NCBI RefSeq assembly: GCF_963921235.1 | Contig: NC_086097.1 | Coordinates: forward strand, 55,864,001-55,928,000 | Length of the DNA: 64,000 nucleotides | Direction of reading: 5' to 3' | Source: Mobula hypostoma | Lineage: Eukaryota | Shown: positions 53,101 through 64,000 of the stretch, piece after piece | How positions within the stretch are numbered: the stretch's first letter is position 1 | Layout: each line of letters starts with the position of its first letter | Notes under the pieces: model-generated | Seen by the model: the letters and a program-made list of their open reading frames with translations, nothing else | Told to the model about the DNA's origin: nothing | The model's database searches: none | Position numbers and translations under genes: made by a program

Positions 53101-54609
53101 AGAAACATAGAAACATAGAAAATAGGTGCAGGAGTAGGCCATTCGGCCCTTCGAGCCTGCACCGCCATTTATTATGATCATGGCTGATCCTCCAACTCAG
53201 AACCCCGCCCCAGCCTTCCCTCCATACCCCCTGACCCCCGTAGCCACAAAGGCCATATCTAACTCCCTCTTAAATATAGCCAATGAACTGGCCTCAACTG
53301 TTTCCTGTGGCAGAGAATTCCACAGATTCACCACTCTCTGTGTGAAGAAGTTTTTCCTAATCTCGGTCCTAAAAGGCTTCCCCTCTATCCTCAAACTGTG
53401 GCCCCTCGTTCTGGACTTCCCCAACATCGGGAACAATCTTCCTGCATCTAGCCTGTCCAATCCCTTTAGGATCTTATACGTTTCAATCAGATCCCCCCTC
53501 AATCTTCTAAATTCCAACGAGTACAAGCCCAGTTCATCCAGTTTTCCTTCATATGAAAGTCCTGCCATCCCAGGAATCAATCTGGTGAACCTTCTTTGTA
53601 CTCCCTCTATGACAAGGATGACTTTCCTCAGATTAGGGGACCAAAACTGCACACAATACTCCAGGTGTGGTCTCACCAAGGCCTTGTACAACTGCAGTAG
53701 TATCTCCCTGCTCCTGTACTCGAATCCTCTCGCTATAAATGCCAGCATACCATTCGCCTTTTTCACCGCCTGCTGTACCTGCATGCCCACTTTCAATGAC
53801 TGGTGTATAATGACACCCAGGTCTCGTTGCACCTCCCCTTTTCCTAATCGGCCACCATTCAGATAATAATCTGTTTTCCTATTTTTGCCACCAAAGTGGA
53901 TAACTTCACATTTATCCACATTAAATTGCATCTGCCATGAATTTGCCCACTCACCCAACCTATCCAAGTCACCCTGCATCCTCTTAGCATCCTCCTCACA
54001 GCTAACACTGCCACCCAGCTTCGTGTCATCCGCAAACTTGGAGATGCTGCATTTAATTCCCTCATCCAAGTCATTAATATATATTGTAAACAACTGGGGT
54101 CCCAGCACTGAGCCTTGCGGTACCCCACTAGTCACCGCCTGCCATTCTGAAAAGGTCCCGTTTATTCCCACTCTTTGCTTCCTGTCTGCTAACCAATTCT
54201 CCACCCACACCAATACCTTACCCCCAATACCGTGTGCTTTAAGTTTGCACAATAATCTCCTGTGTGGGACCTTGTCAAAAGCCTTTTGAAAATCCAAATA
54301 TACCACATCCACTGGTTCTCCCCTATCCACTCTACTAGTTACATCCTCAAAAAATTCTATGAGATTCGTTAGACATGATTTTCCTTTCACAAATCCATGC
54401 TGACTTTGTCCGATCATTTCACCGCTTTCCAAATGTGCTGTTATAACATCCTTGATAACTGACTCTAGCAGTTTCCCCACCACTGACGTTAGGCTAACGG
54501 GTCTATAATTCTCCGGTTTCTCTCTCCCTCTTTTTTTAAAAAGTGGAGTTACATTAGCCACCCTCCAATCCTCAGGAACTAGTCCAGAATCTAACGAGTT
54601 TTGAAAAAT
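53101..54609 (-). mobile_element. Young 5'-truncated CR1 LINE (ORF2 RT and C-terminus; open frame 53197-54561)
   Basis: 454-aa uninterrupted ORF with NYRPVSLTS, DFQKAFD, GVPQGSVLGP, FADD. 3' tail of (TTTCTATG)n repeats at 53101-53120. GAT duplicated at 53098-53100 and 54610-54612. Confidence 0.95.
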
Positions 54610-55798
54610 GATGGGGGGGACGAATGGACAAGGGAGTTGTGTAGGGAGCGATCCCTGCAGAATGCAGAGAGAGGCGGGGGAGGGAAAGATGTGCTTAGTG
54701 GTGGGATCCCGTTGGAGGTGGTGGAAGTTACGGAGAATAATATGTTGGACCCAGAGGCTGGTGGGGTGGTAGGTGAGGACCGGGGAGCCCTATTCCTAGT
54801 GGGGTGGCGGGAGGATGGAGTGAGAGCAGATGTACGTGAAATGGGGGAGATGCGTTTAAGAGCAGAGTTGATAGTGGAGGAAGGGAAGCCCCTTTCTTTA
54901 AAAAAGGAAGACATCTCCCTCGTCCTAGAATGAAAAGCCTCATCCTGAGAGCAGATGCGGCGGAGACGGAGGAATTGCGAGAAGGGGATGGCGTTTTTGC
55001 AAGAGACAGGGTGAGAAGAGGAATAGTCCAGATAGCTGTGAGAGTCAGTAGGCTTATAGGAGACATCAGTGGATAAGCTGTCTCCAGAGACAGAGACAGA
55101 AAGATCTAGAAAGGGGAGGGAGGTGTCGGAAATGGACCAGGTAAACTTGAGGGCAGGGTGAAAGTTGGAGGCAAAGTTAATAAAGTCAACAAGTTCTGCA
55201 TGTGTGCAGGAAGCAGTGCCAATGCAGTCGTCGATGTAGCGAAGGAAAAGTGGGGGACAGATACCAGAATAGGCACGGAACATAGATTGTTCCACAAACC
55301 CAACAAAAAGGCAGGCATAGCTAGGACCCATACGGGTGCCCATAGCTACACCTTTAGTTTGGAGGAAGTGGGAGGAGCCAAAGGAGAAATTATTAAGAGT
55401 AAGGACTAATTCCGCTAGACGGAGCAGAGTGGTGGTAGAGGGGAACTGATTAGGTCTGGAATCCAAAAAGAAGTGTAGAGCTTTGAGACCTTCCTGATGG
55501 GGGATGGAAGTATGTAAGGACTGGACATGCATGGTGAAAATAAAGCGGTGGGGGCCAGGGAACTTAAAATCATCAAAAAGTTTAAGAGCGTGAGAAGTGT
55601 CACGAACATAGGTCGGAAGGGATTGAACAAGGGGTGATAAAACGGTGTCGAGGTATGCAGAAATGAGTTCGGTGGGGCAGGAGCAAGCTGAGACAATAGG
55701 TCGGCCAGGACAAGCAGGTTTGTGGATCTTGGGTAGGAGGTAGAAACGGGAAGTGCGGGGTGTGGGAACTATAAGGTTGGTAGCAGTGGATGGGAGAT

Positions 55799-56110
55799 CC
55801 CAGGACATGCTCTCTTCTTATTGCTATAATCAAGGAAGAGGTACAGGAGCCTGAAGACACACATTCAATGTTTCAGGAACAGCTTCCTCTCCTCTACCAT
55901 CATATTTCTGAATGGAAAATTAACCCATGGACACTATCTCAGTATTTTTCCTCTCTTTTTGCACAGATAATTTGATTTAATTTTCATTTTTATAGACACT
56001 TCTTATTGTAATTTACAGCTATTATTACAATTATTGCTGCCGCAAAACAACAAATTTCATGATATATGCCAGTGATATTGAATCTAATTTTGATTCTGAA
56101 TTTTGAATCT
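55799..56110 (+). mobile_element. Rex1/Babar-like LINE 3' fragment (target of the Penelope insertion)
   Basis: cccaggacatgctctcttc..gaggtacaggagcctgaag..ttcaggaacagcttc (PGHALF..RYRSLK..FRNSF) with a gattct-type tail. Confidence 0.65.
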
Positions 56111-57509
56111 TGAATTGCTAAATTTAGCATTTTTTCATTGACATTACAACTAAAATTTTTGATTACTTTTTAAATAGGAGTTGGTTAATATCTTTGGCAG
56201 TTGATACTTCAGATTTACTATCAAATTAATTTTCTTATTTATAAGGGGGGAATAGGTCTCAGAAATGGTGTCAGAAGGAGGGATGTGTACTCATTGGAAG
56301 AGTGAAATCAGACTTTGGCTTCCTTCTGGCTAACAGCTGCTTAGAGAACTACTCACTGCCTAAACCTCATCTGGGTCCAGGTTCCTGCACTCCCGTTCAA
56401 CTTACCAGATTCATTGGAAATGTTAGCATAAACAATCATCTAAACAAAATTATTAATAGGAATATTATCCAGTGGTCTGGAAAATCTCCCAGCCTGGCAC
56501 CACCAAAGTCCTGAGCATGCCCAAATATTGGAGTTCCACTTCACTTCCTCCTCTTGAATCAGCTGATCACAACTTCTGGATTTGGGCACTGAGACAAAAA
56601 AGTCAGGGAAAAGCTGGTGACCTGATGCTGGAGCTACTGACTTGCTCCTTGGCCATCGGTTCCACCACTAAGTCAAGCAAAGAGATGGGAAACTGCTTCA
56701 CGTCCAACCAGGCAGATTTGCCACCCTATTCAACTGAAAAAGCAAGTTTATTCAATTATTTTACAGATAATGAGCGATTAATAATAGAATAAGGCATTTT
56801 AAGTAGTTATACATTATAATAGTTTTAATTTATTTAAATCTCCTTGCCTAGCTTATTAGTACTTCTGCGCTGACAAAGGATGGCCCCAAGGTAGGGCACA
56901 GAAATCTGTCATCGGAAGGCTAATTTTCACTCACAGCCTGCTTACCTCATAGAGTGGCCACAAGGTCTCACCTCCAGGTTGCTTGATGCAATGGAACTCC
57001 AAAGTGTAAGTGCAGCTGAGGAAAAGTGGGGTAAAATATACAGAAGGCAAGCCAGACAGGGCATGGACCAGTTTCTTGTTTTCTGTCAATTAGTCACAGA
57101 GATAGTGAGCTTGAAGGCACAGCTGAGCAGACCACCTTTCTCCAATAGTTCTACCTGTCATTCAGCTGGGGGAACCTGTTTCCATCTTTGTCTATCCAGT
57201 TGTAACCAAAGAATCACCTTCAATGTCTTCTCTCCCAGCTCCTTCACTTTCTCTAAATCACTTACCTTTGTTCCTCTCCAGTTTCTCATCCATGTGCTGG
57301 GCTTTGTTGTCATTATTTGAGAAAACGTGATGACATCCCCTACTTCTCAACACCTCTCTTTTCTTCACCCATGGTTTGTCTCACTCAATTATGTGCATTT
57401 TTGTGCAAGCAAAAATTTCTTCCGATTAACACTGAAATGTTAAAAGTCACTGCTTTCTGTAAAACCACAAATTCAGTTCTTTGTTCATTAATTGTATTCT
57501 TCACCCTTC

Positions 57510-57790
57510 TAACTAGGGTGCTTAGAACAGAGATAAAGAGGAATTTATTTAGCCAGGATTTGAGGAATTCGTTGCCACAAACAAATGTGGAAGCCAAGTT
57601 ATTGGGTACGCTTAAAGCGAAAGTTGATAGGTTCTTGATTACAGAGTACATCAAAGGTTAAGGGGTGAAGGTAAGAGAATGGGAGAGAACGGGGTTGAGA
57701 GGGATAATAAATTAGCTATGATCAAATGGTGAACAAACTCAATGGGCCAAATGGCATAACTATGCTCCTTTGTCTTATAATCTTATGATC
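57510..57790 (+). mobile_element. CR1 3' end
   Basis: RTEIKRNLFSQ..NSLPQ..LKAKVDRFL peptide with a tcttat repeat tail. Confidence 0.75.
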
Positions 57791-58119
57791 AATAGAACCT
57801 GACTATCCACACCTTTGTCCGTCTCTGTCAATGAGAGATTCTTCTTCCACTGCTGCAGTATTGCTTCATTATATCCTGCCTCTGGCCATTCATTGCCAAA
57901 GCCCTCAATTTTGCTCCTGTTATATCTACATTATCTGTTTCTACTCTCATGAAGAAATTTATTTTTAGCCTTTAATATTTAAATGTTAACCATATACTCT
58001 TCTCCAAGTCCAAAATTAGACAATCCTGGAATTTAAGGAAGTTGGATTTTCAGGTTACTTGTCTGCAGATTTTGTAGAACTTGGACAAAAATGGAAAAAA
58101 AATCCGATAAATATTAATA

Positions 58120-58815
58120 AACTTGAAATACATGTCACAGAGAGACAGGGTCGTAAAGAATGCTTTTGGCACACAGACCGTCATAAATCAGAGTATTGAG
58201 TACAGGAGATGGAATGTTTTATTGAAGTTGTGTAAGACATTGGTGAGGCTAAATTTGGAGAATTATGTGCAGTTCTGGCCACCTAACTACAGGAAGGATA
58301 TCAATAAGTTTGAAAGAGTACCAACAACATTTATAAGGACGTTGCAGGCGCACAAGGACTAGAGTTACAGGGAAGGTTGGACTTTATTCCCTGGAGTGTA
58401 GGGGAATGAGGGAGATTCCTTAGAGCAAGAGTTCCCAACCTGGGGTCCTCGGACCCCACAGTTAATGGTAAGAATCCATGGCATAAAAAGGGTTGGGAAG
58501 CCTTGTCTTAGAGTATACAAAATTATGAGGGGTATATTGTAGGTAGTGTGTGTTTAGGGTGTAAGGTGAAATATTTAAAGGGAATCTGAGGAGAAAATTC
58601 TTCACTCAAGGGGTGGAGCAAGTGCAGAACAAGCTGCCAACAGAAGTGCTAGATGCACTTTCAATTGTAACATTCAAGAGAAATCTGGTACATTGATGAA
58701 TGGTGTATGGAAAGCTATGGTCCAGGTACAGGTAGATGGGACTAGGCGGAAAATACGGTTGGCCATGGACTAGATGGTTAAAAGAGCCTGTTTTTGTTTG
58801 GTGGTACTCTATGAC
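58120..58815 (+). mobile_element. CR1 3' fragment carrying a hAT MITE
   Basis: ORF 58123-58362 (LLKLCKTLVRLNLENYVQFWPPNYRKDI). Confidence 0.8.
58426..58505. mobile_element. 80-bp hAT(Charlie)-like MITE
   Basis: TIRs caagagttcccaacc / ggttgggaagccttg, with a near-perfect 8-bp TSD ccttagag (58418-58425) / tcttagag (58506-58513). Confidence 0.8.
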
Positions 58816-58817
58816 TT

Positions 58818-60470
58818 CATAAGACCATAAGACATAGGATTAGAATTAGGCCATTCAACCCATCGAGTCTTCTCTGATATTCTACCATAACTGATTTATT
58901 ATCCCTCTGAAGCCCATTCTTCTGCTTCCTCCCATTATTTTAACACCCTTACTAATTAAGACCCTATCAACCACTGCTTTAAATAAACTGAATCCCTTGA
59001 CCTCCACAGCCATCTGTAGCAATGAATTCCACAGACTCACCACTCTCCGGCTAAAAAAATTCTTCCTCATCTACTTTAAAGGGACATCTCTCTATTCTGA
59101 GGTTGTTCCCTCTTGTCCTAGACTCCTCCACTATACGAAACATCTCACCAGATCCACTCAACCAATCAATATAGGCCTTTCAATACAATATGTTTCAATA
59201 AGATCTCCCCCTCATCCTGCTAAAATCAGTGAGTACAGGCCCAGAACCATCAAACACTTGATAAGGGGCTCAAAACTCCAAGTGTTACGTTATAAAGCCT
59301 CAGTATTACATCATTGTTTTTGTATTCTAGTCCTCTTGAAATGAAAGCTAACAATGTATTTGCCTTCCCTACCACCGACTGAACCTGTAAGTTAACCTTC
59401 AGGGAATCGTGAAGAGGACTCCCAATTCGAAGAAGAAGAAGAAGAAGAAGAACCTTAACTCCGAGTGGAGTCATCAGGATGCCATCATGACGGTGTTTTT
59501 TTTCAGCAGGCTTTCTTATCTTCACGAGGCCAAGTTGCTAGCTCGACTCTCAACCCAGCATGGATGAAAAGCGTGCAAGGGAGCCGGCTGGATTCGCACT
59601 TGGGAGCCTTCACTCCGAAGTCTGGCGCTGATGCCACTACGCCACCAGTGGGCAATTTAGAAAATAGTCTATGCCTTTATTCCTTCTACCAAAGTGCATG
59701 ACCATACATTTCCCAACACTATATTCTATCTGCCAATTCTTTGCCCATTCTCCTAATCTGTCTAAGTCCTTCTGCTGGCACTCTGCTTCCTCATCACACA
59801 CTGCCCCTCTGCCACTCTTCATATCATCCACAAACTTGGCCACAAAGCCATCAATGCTCTTATCTACAGTATATCATTGAGTACAACTTGAAAAGAAGTG
59901 GTTCCAACAACATTAGTCACTGGAACCTAACCAAAAAAGGTCCCCTTTAATCCTACTCTTTGCCTTTTGTCAATCATCCAATCTTCAGTTCATGCTAGTA
60001 TCTTTCCTCTTGGGCTGTTATCTTGGTTAGCATCCTCTTGTGCGGCACTTCGTCAAAGGTCCTTTGAAAATCCAAGTAAACAATATCCACTGACTCTCCT
60101 TTGTTTATCCTGCCTGTTATTTCTTCAAAGGATTCCAAAAAATTTCTCAGACAAGATTTCTCCTCAAGGAAATAGGCTGACTTTGGCCTATCTTATCATG
60201 TGCCTCCAAGTACCCTGAAACGTCATCCTTAATGGATTCCAACATCTCCCCAAGCACTGAAGTCAGGCTAACTGGTCTATAATTTCCTTTCTTTTGCCTC
60301 CCTCCCTTCTTAGAAAGTGGTGTGACATTTGCAATTATCCAGTCCTCCAGAACCATTACAGAATCTAGTGATTTTTGAATCATCAGTACTAATGCCTCCA
60401 CAATCCCTTCAGCTACCTCTTTCAGAACCCTGGGGCATAGTCCATCTGGTCCAGGTGACTTGTCTACATT
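58818..60470 (-). mobile_element. Degenerate CR1 with a SINE insertion
   Basis: ORFs with DWIIANVTPL..NYRPVSLTS, KFVDD, MHFGRRNK and KNFFSRRVVSLWNSL; cataaga tail. Confidence 0.88.
59429..59653 (-). mobile_element. tRNA-derived SINE with (TTC)n tail
   Basis: Minus-strand A box TGGCGTAGTGG, B-box-like GTGCGAATCC, and a (GAA)n run on the plus strand at 59430-59451. Confidence 0.75.
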
Positions 60471-63400
60471 CAGTATTCCAAGTATTTATTTTATTATAAA
60501 CTAATCATTTATGTAATCAATATTCATATTCATTATGATATTGCTAGTTATCTGCAGTTCATATTAAATGGTACAACCAGGTTTATATCTCCACAGTTTG
60601 ATCTTTTCCAGTTCTGTGTGACTTGACCAGTGGTCCATGAGACAATTGAGCTTTCATTCAGACACACCTTAGCCTGAAACTATCAGCCTTAATATAACAT
60701 TGCACTCTTACTTTTCACAGCTGTTTCAGAAAAAAGGGAAGATTAACAGCTACTTGCAAACTATTGGGAAAATAGACTGCTATTTTCCATGAAAACAATC
60801 GGTATATTTTTGTGCATAGAACAAAATGAAGGTAAAGATTACCTTTATTTGTCACATGTACATCAAAACATACAGTGAATGTGTCATTTGTGTCAAATCA
60901 AATCAGCAAGGATTGTGCGGAGCTATCGCCACACTTCCGGTGTTTACTTAACATTTGTTTAACATTCTGAATAGTATTGACAGATATAAATGCATTGAAT
61001 AATTTGTTATAATATACTCAAACATCTACCTGAAGTACCTTTCCGAAGAACTTCCATCTTCAATCTGAAAAGTTAACACTGTTTCTCTTCTCACAGATGC
61101 TGACTAACCTGCTAAACGTGTCCAACAATTTCTGTTTTTATTTCTTATTTCCAGCTTTTGATTAACTTCCAGTGCTGATTTGCCAGGAGGAAGTTGTGAC
61201 AATTAAGCAGAGCCTTTGTGTTCAACAAGAGCTCCTTGCTCATACATACAGGAGTTTTGCATGGGTTTGCCTATGCACACTTGGGAAAATCAAGGCTCTG
61301 AATTAGATTAATCAGAACACATCCAAAACATGCTCCAAGTTACAGCAATTTGCTTAATTTTGTACAAATGACAGCATGAACCTAGATCAAGCTGTTGAGT
61401 ATATAAAATATAAACAAAACAAGCTAAACCCGAATAAGCTTAATGACACTAAGATGGATGGTGCAGAATAAGTCATATTTTATTTAGAGTAACGTGCTAC
61501 TAAGTGTTATTAGTATATTTTGTTCTGTTCTGTAAAGCTGCTTATTATTTTAAGGTTGGAATTTCTCAAAGTTAACAGTGAGCTATGGCATATTGCTCAT
61601 AAAATGAAAGCCCCTTTAAAACATTTGTAATTTAGACAGGGTTTCACAAAACATCCAAAGTGATCTGAGCACACGACTGCTGCACACGGCTTTGAATTCA
61701 TTCCAGAGTTATCTAGTAACATTGATAATAAGTAATATCTTGTTTTTTTTAATATCAAGTATTATTCCAGTGGGAGGTGAAATGCCAAATAACATCCATG
61801 TTGTGAAATGGGATTACCACAAAACAATAAATAAAACTTCAATTTAAAGAAACAGATTAAATGCTTAAACAGTTTATGACACGTTCACAAATAAATCTTG
61901 AATAAAACTGTCAGGTTGTTTAAGCTTATAAAGATAAATATAAGTACATTTCTTGTTAAAGTTAATGTCACTGTTAAAGGACAACTACTGTTATTTCAGA
62001 AAAGAATGAAAATCTACTTTTAAAGATGGATAAATTGCAATTCTAAAAGATGAAGAACTTCACTACTTCTTGGGAAGTCTTGTGACCGGGCATCAGCCTG
62101 TGAAGTAACATTGCAAAGTTTTAGTCTCATGCTACTTCCATCTTTTATCCTTTTTAATTAGAAGGCAAATTCTCAGACTGCTCGGCCTAATCCCTGCACA
62201 GTCGAACAAAGCCCGCAATGTCTTTGAACGGTGTTCAGCCGGGCAGCACAAACCCTAGTAACTGATGGCAGTAGGGGCAGGATCCTGACCTCCATCCCAC
62301 CATTCTTCACCAGCTCCTGATGTTCCCTGCCCCTTAGAACTTTGTTCCTTGCTCTTCTGTTTAAAGCCAGAAAGACAAAAGACCATGACAATGTGGGAAA
62401 CCTATAGGATTGGCTAGGTAGGGTGGGGGAAGAATGTGGCAACTGGGAGAAAGCAAATGGAGTTTCACAGAAATAGACACAGTGGGGAGAATTGGATCAC
62501 CAGATTATTTCTCTAGTCTCAAGAAATTTCTTCACACCTCACTAAATCTTTTCATTGACAATGCTACTTTTTAAGAATTGTTGCATTCCCCATTACCGTA
62601 GGGGTGCTCAAGTAAACATCCAAAACCCTATTTAAGAGACCAAAGTACCATATGTCTTAATACTGCCCTGAGTTGACTACCTTTATGTTGAAGGAGCTAT
62701 AAAAGCATCTTGTTTCCTGACACTGCTTTCAGAAAGCCTTGCAAACAAACTAGTTATGTTAATGCAAATCAGCAGTCACCCAGAGCTACAATAGAAAGAT
62801 TGGTCTTCTAGCAGTTTACAATGTATTCTGAAACCAATAGTACTATATACTTCACTGGGGATGCATTTCAAACCTTTAACAAATTCAGATAAGTGCAGTA
62901 ACAAGTGGCCTTCAATTATGTCACTGAGGTTGTTGGTTGTGCACAACATTGCTGTTTTCCATTAAATCTCAGACCTGATGTTTTCTTATACGATGAAAAT
63001 TTAAGAATATATTTATTTCCGGGATTACTTTTTAAATTCAAAGTCACTTATTTGAACTGAATGAATTAGGTTCCGTTTTTTATTCAAGGGAGGCCCTGAA
63101 TCTTTGGGAGTGTTTTATACTGTAATTTATATCTATCCATTGATCAAAAATTTCATTTTAATACATGGAATATCAAAATAGTTTGTAATTTGGGGACTGA
63201 CTTTCACAATTCTCTGCATTTATCCATGAAAATGTGGCCTTGTATATTTCTTTCTTTCATTCTTCAGCAAGTCCTTTCATACAGAGCTCTCTGTAGCAAT
63301 TATCAAGCCTCCTCAATCTCCCATCTTTCTTTTTCTTTTAACTCTGTATACCTACAGTACATACTAGTTAATTAGCATCTAAGAAAAACATGTTGCTGGC

Positions 63401-63667
63401 AAGTCTAAAAGACTGAGCCTTTCCATTTCCGTATTCTCGGTGAATTTACTCAACACCTACATAACTTTGAATTATTACCATGATATTTTTCATTTGGCTA
63501 TATACTTTTGATCAACAACCTGTTGAATTGTGAAGAAAGTTAGGAACGTCCATCTTAAATATTTTATGAAGATCAACTGGAAGCAAATAGGATTAGGATT
63601 TTCTCATAAAACAGGAAATATTTGAATGAATAATGAGCATGAGAACGTTTTGTTTTTAAACTGAACA

Positions 63668-64000
63668 TACACTCAGTGGCCTCTTTTTGAGGTACACCAG
63701 TAGACCTGCTTGTTAATGTAAATTTGCCAGTCATGTGGCAACAACTCAATGCATACTAGCATGCAGGCATGGTCAAAAGGCTCGGACCAAACATCAGAAT
63801 GGGAAAGACATGTGATCTAAGTGACTTTGACCATGGAATGATTGTTGATCTCAGACAGGATGGTCTGAGTATCTCAGAACTTGCTGATCATCTGAGATTT
63901 TCATGCACAACAATCTCTGGAGCTTACAGAAAATGATGCAAAAAATATTTTAAAAATCCAGTGAGTGGCGGTTCTGTGGGCAAAAATGCCTTGTTGATGA
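63668..64000 (+). mobile_element. Tc1-like non-autonomous element (runs off the window end)
   Basis: Begins ta-cactcagtggcc..aggtacacc. Its 3' part matches window positions 1-130. Confidence 0.8.

Larger units (their letters stand above)
52272..55798 (-). mobile_element. 5'-truncated Penelope-like retroelement (RT + GIY-YIG endonuclease), interrupted by a CR1 at 53101-54609
   Basis: RT motifs LPKIHK..PGRPIVS, GVAMGT, FLRYIDD, FLD (54610-55800). C-x4-C-x2-C linker and GVIYCVRC..LYIGET..HF..E..LI..L..PDGMN GIY-YIG (52659-53100). 12-bp direct repeat CCCAGGACATGC at 52260-52271 and 55799-55810. Confidence 0.93.

Noticed and set aside
52659..53168. Standalone GIY-YIG nuclease gene
   Set aside because: The N-terminus is read from the CR1 tail; the domain is the displaced C-terminus of the Penelope ORF.
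53174..54289. Plus-strand ORFs of 230 aa and 134 aa
   Set aside because: These are antisense shadows of the CR1 RT frame with no independent protein features.
59580..59653. tRNA gene
   Set aside because: The A and B boxes belong to a SINE head. No cloverleaf was evident, and a LINE-like body and simple-repeat tail follow.

Overview
Eukaryotic, vertebrate genomic DNA; the repeat repertoire suggests a cartilaginous fish, but that is an inference. The one host protein-coding gene found is Otx2 on the minus strand. It has three coding exons (17444-17540, 16859-17010, 15664-16287) that splice to a 290-aa K50 paired-class homeodomain protein with a SIWSPA motif and a duplicated OTX tail. Otx2 lies in a roughly 24-kb CpG-retaining, almost transposon-free block (about 6.2-30 kb), which holds candidate alternative promoters, conserved-looking 3'UTR blocks and homeodomain-site clusters. 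The flanks are rich in mobile elements: CR1, RTE, L1-like and Rex-like LINE fragments, SINEs, Tc1-like elements and a hAT MITE. The most notable structures are: (1) a three-tier nested insertion, in which a young CR1 sits inside a Penelope-like element (RT + GIY-YIG) that sits inside an older LINE tail, with target-site duplications readable for the two inner insertions; (2) an intact-looking minimal type I hammerhead ribozyme in the Penelope 3' terminus; (3) a ~6.4-kb degenerate 28-bp tandem array upstream of Otx2 that repeatedly yields Otx-type TAATCC sites. Comparisons with mammalian Otx2 and with repeat-family consensus sequences are from memory and need alignment.
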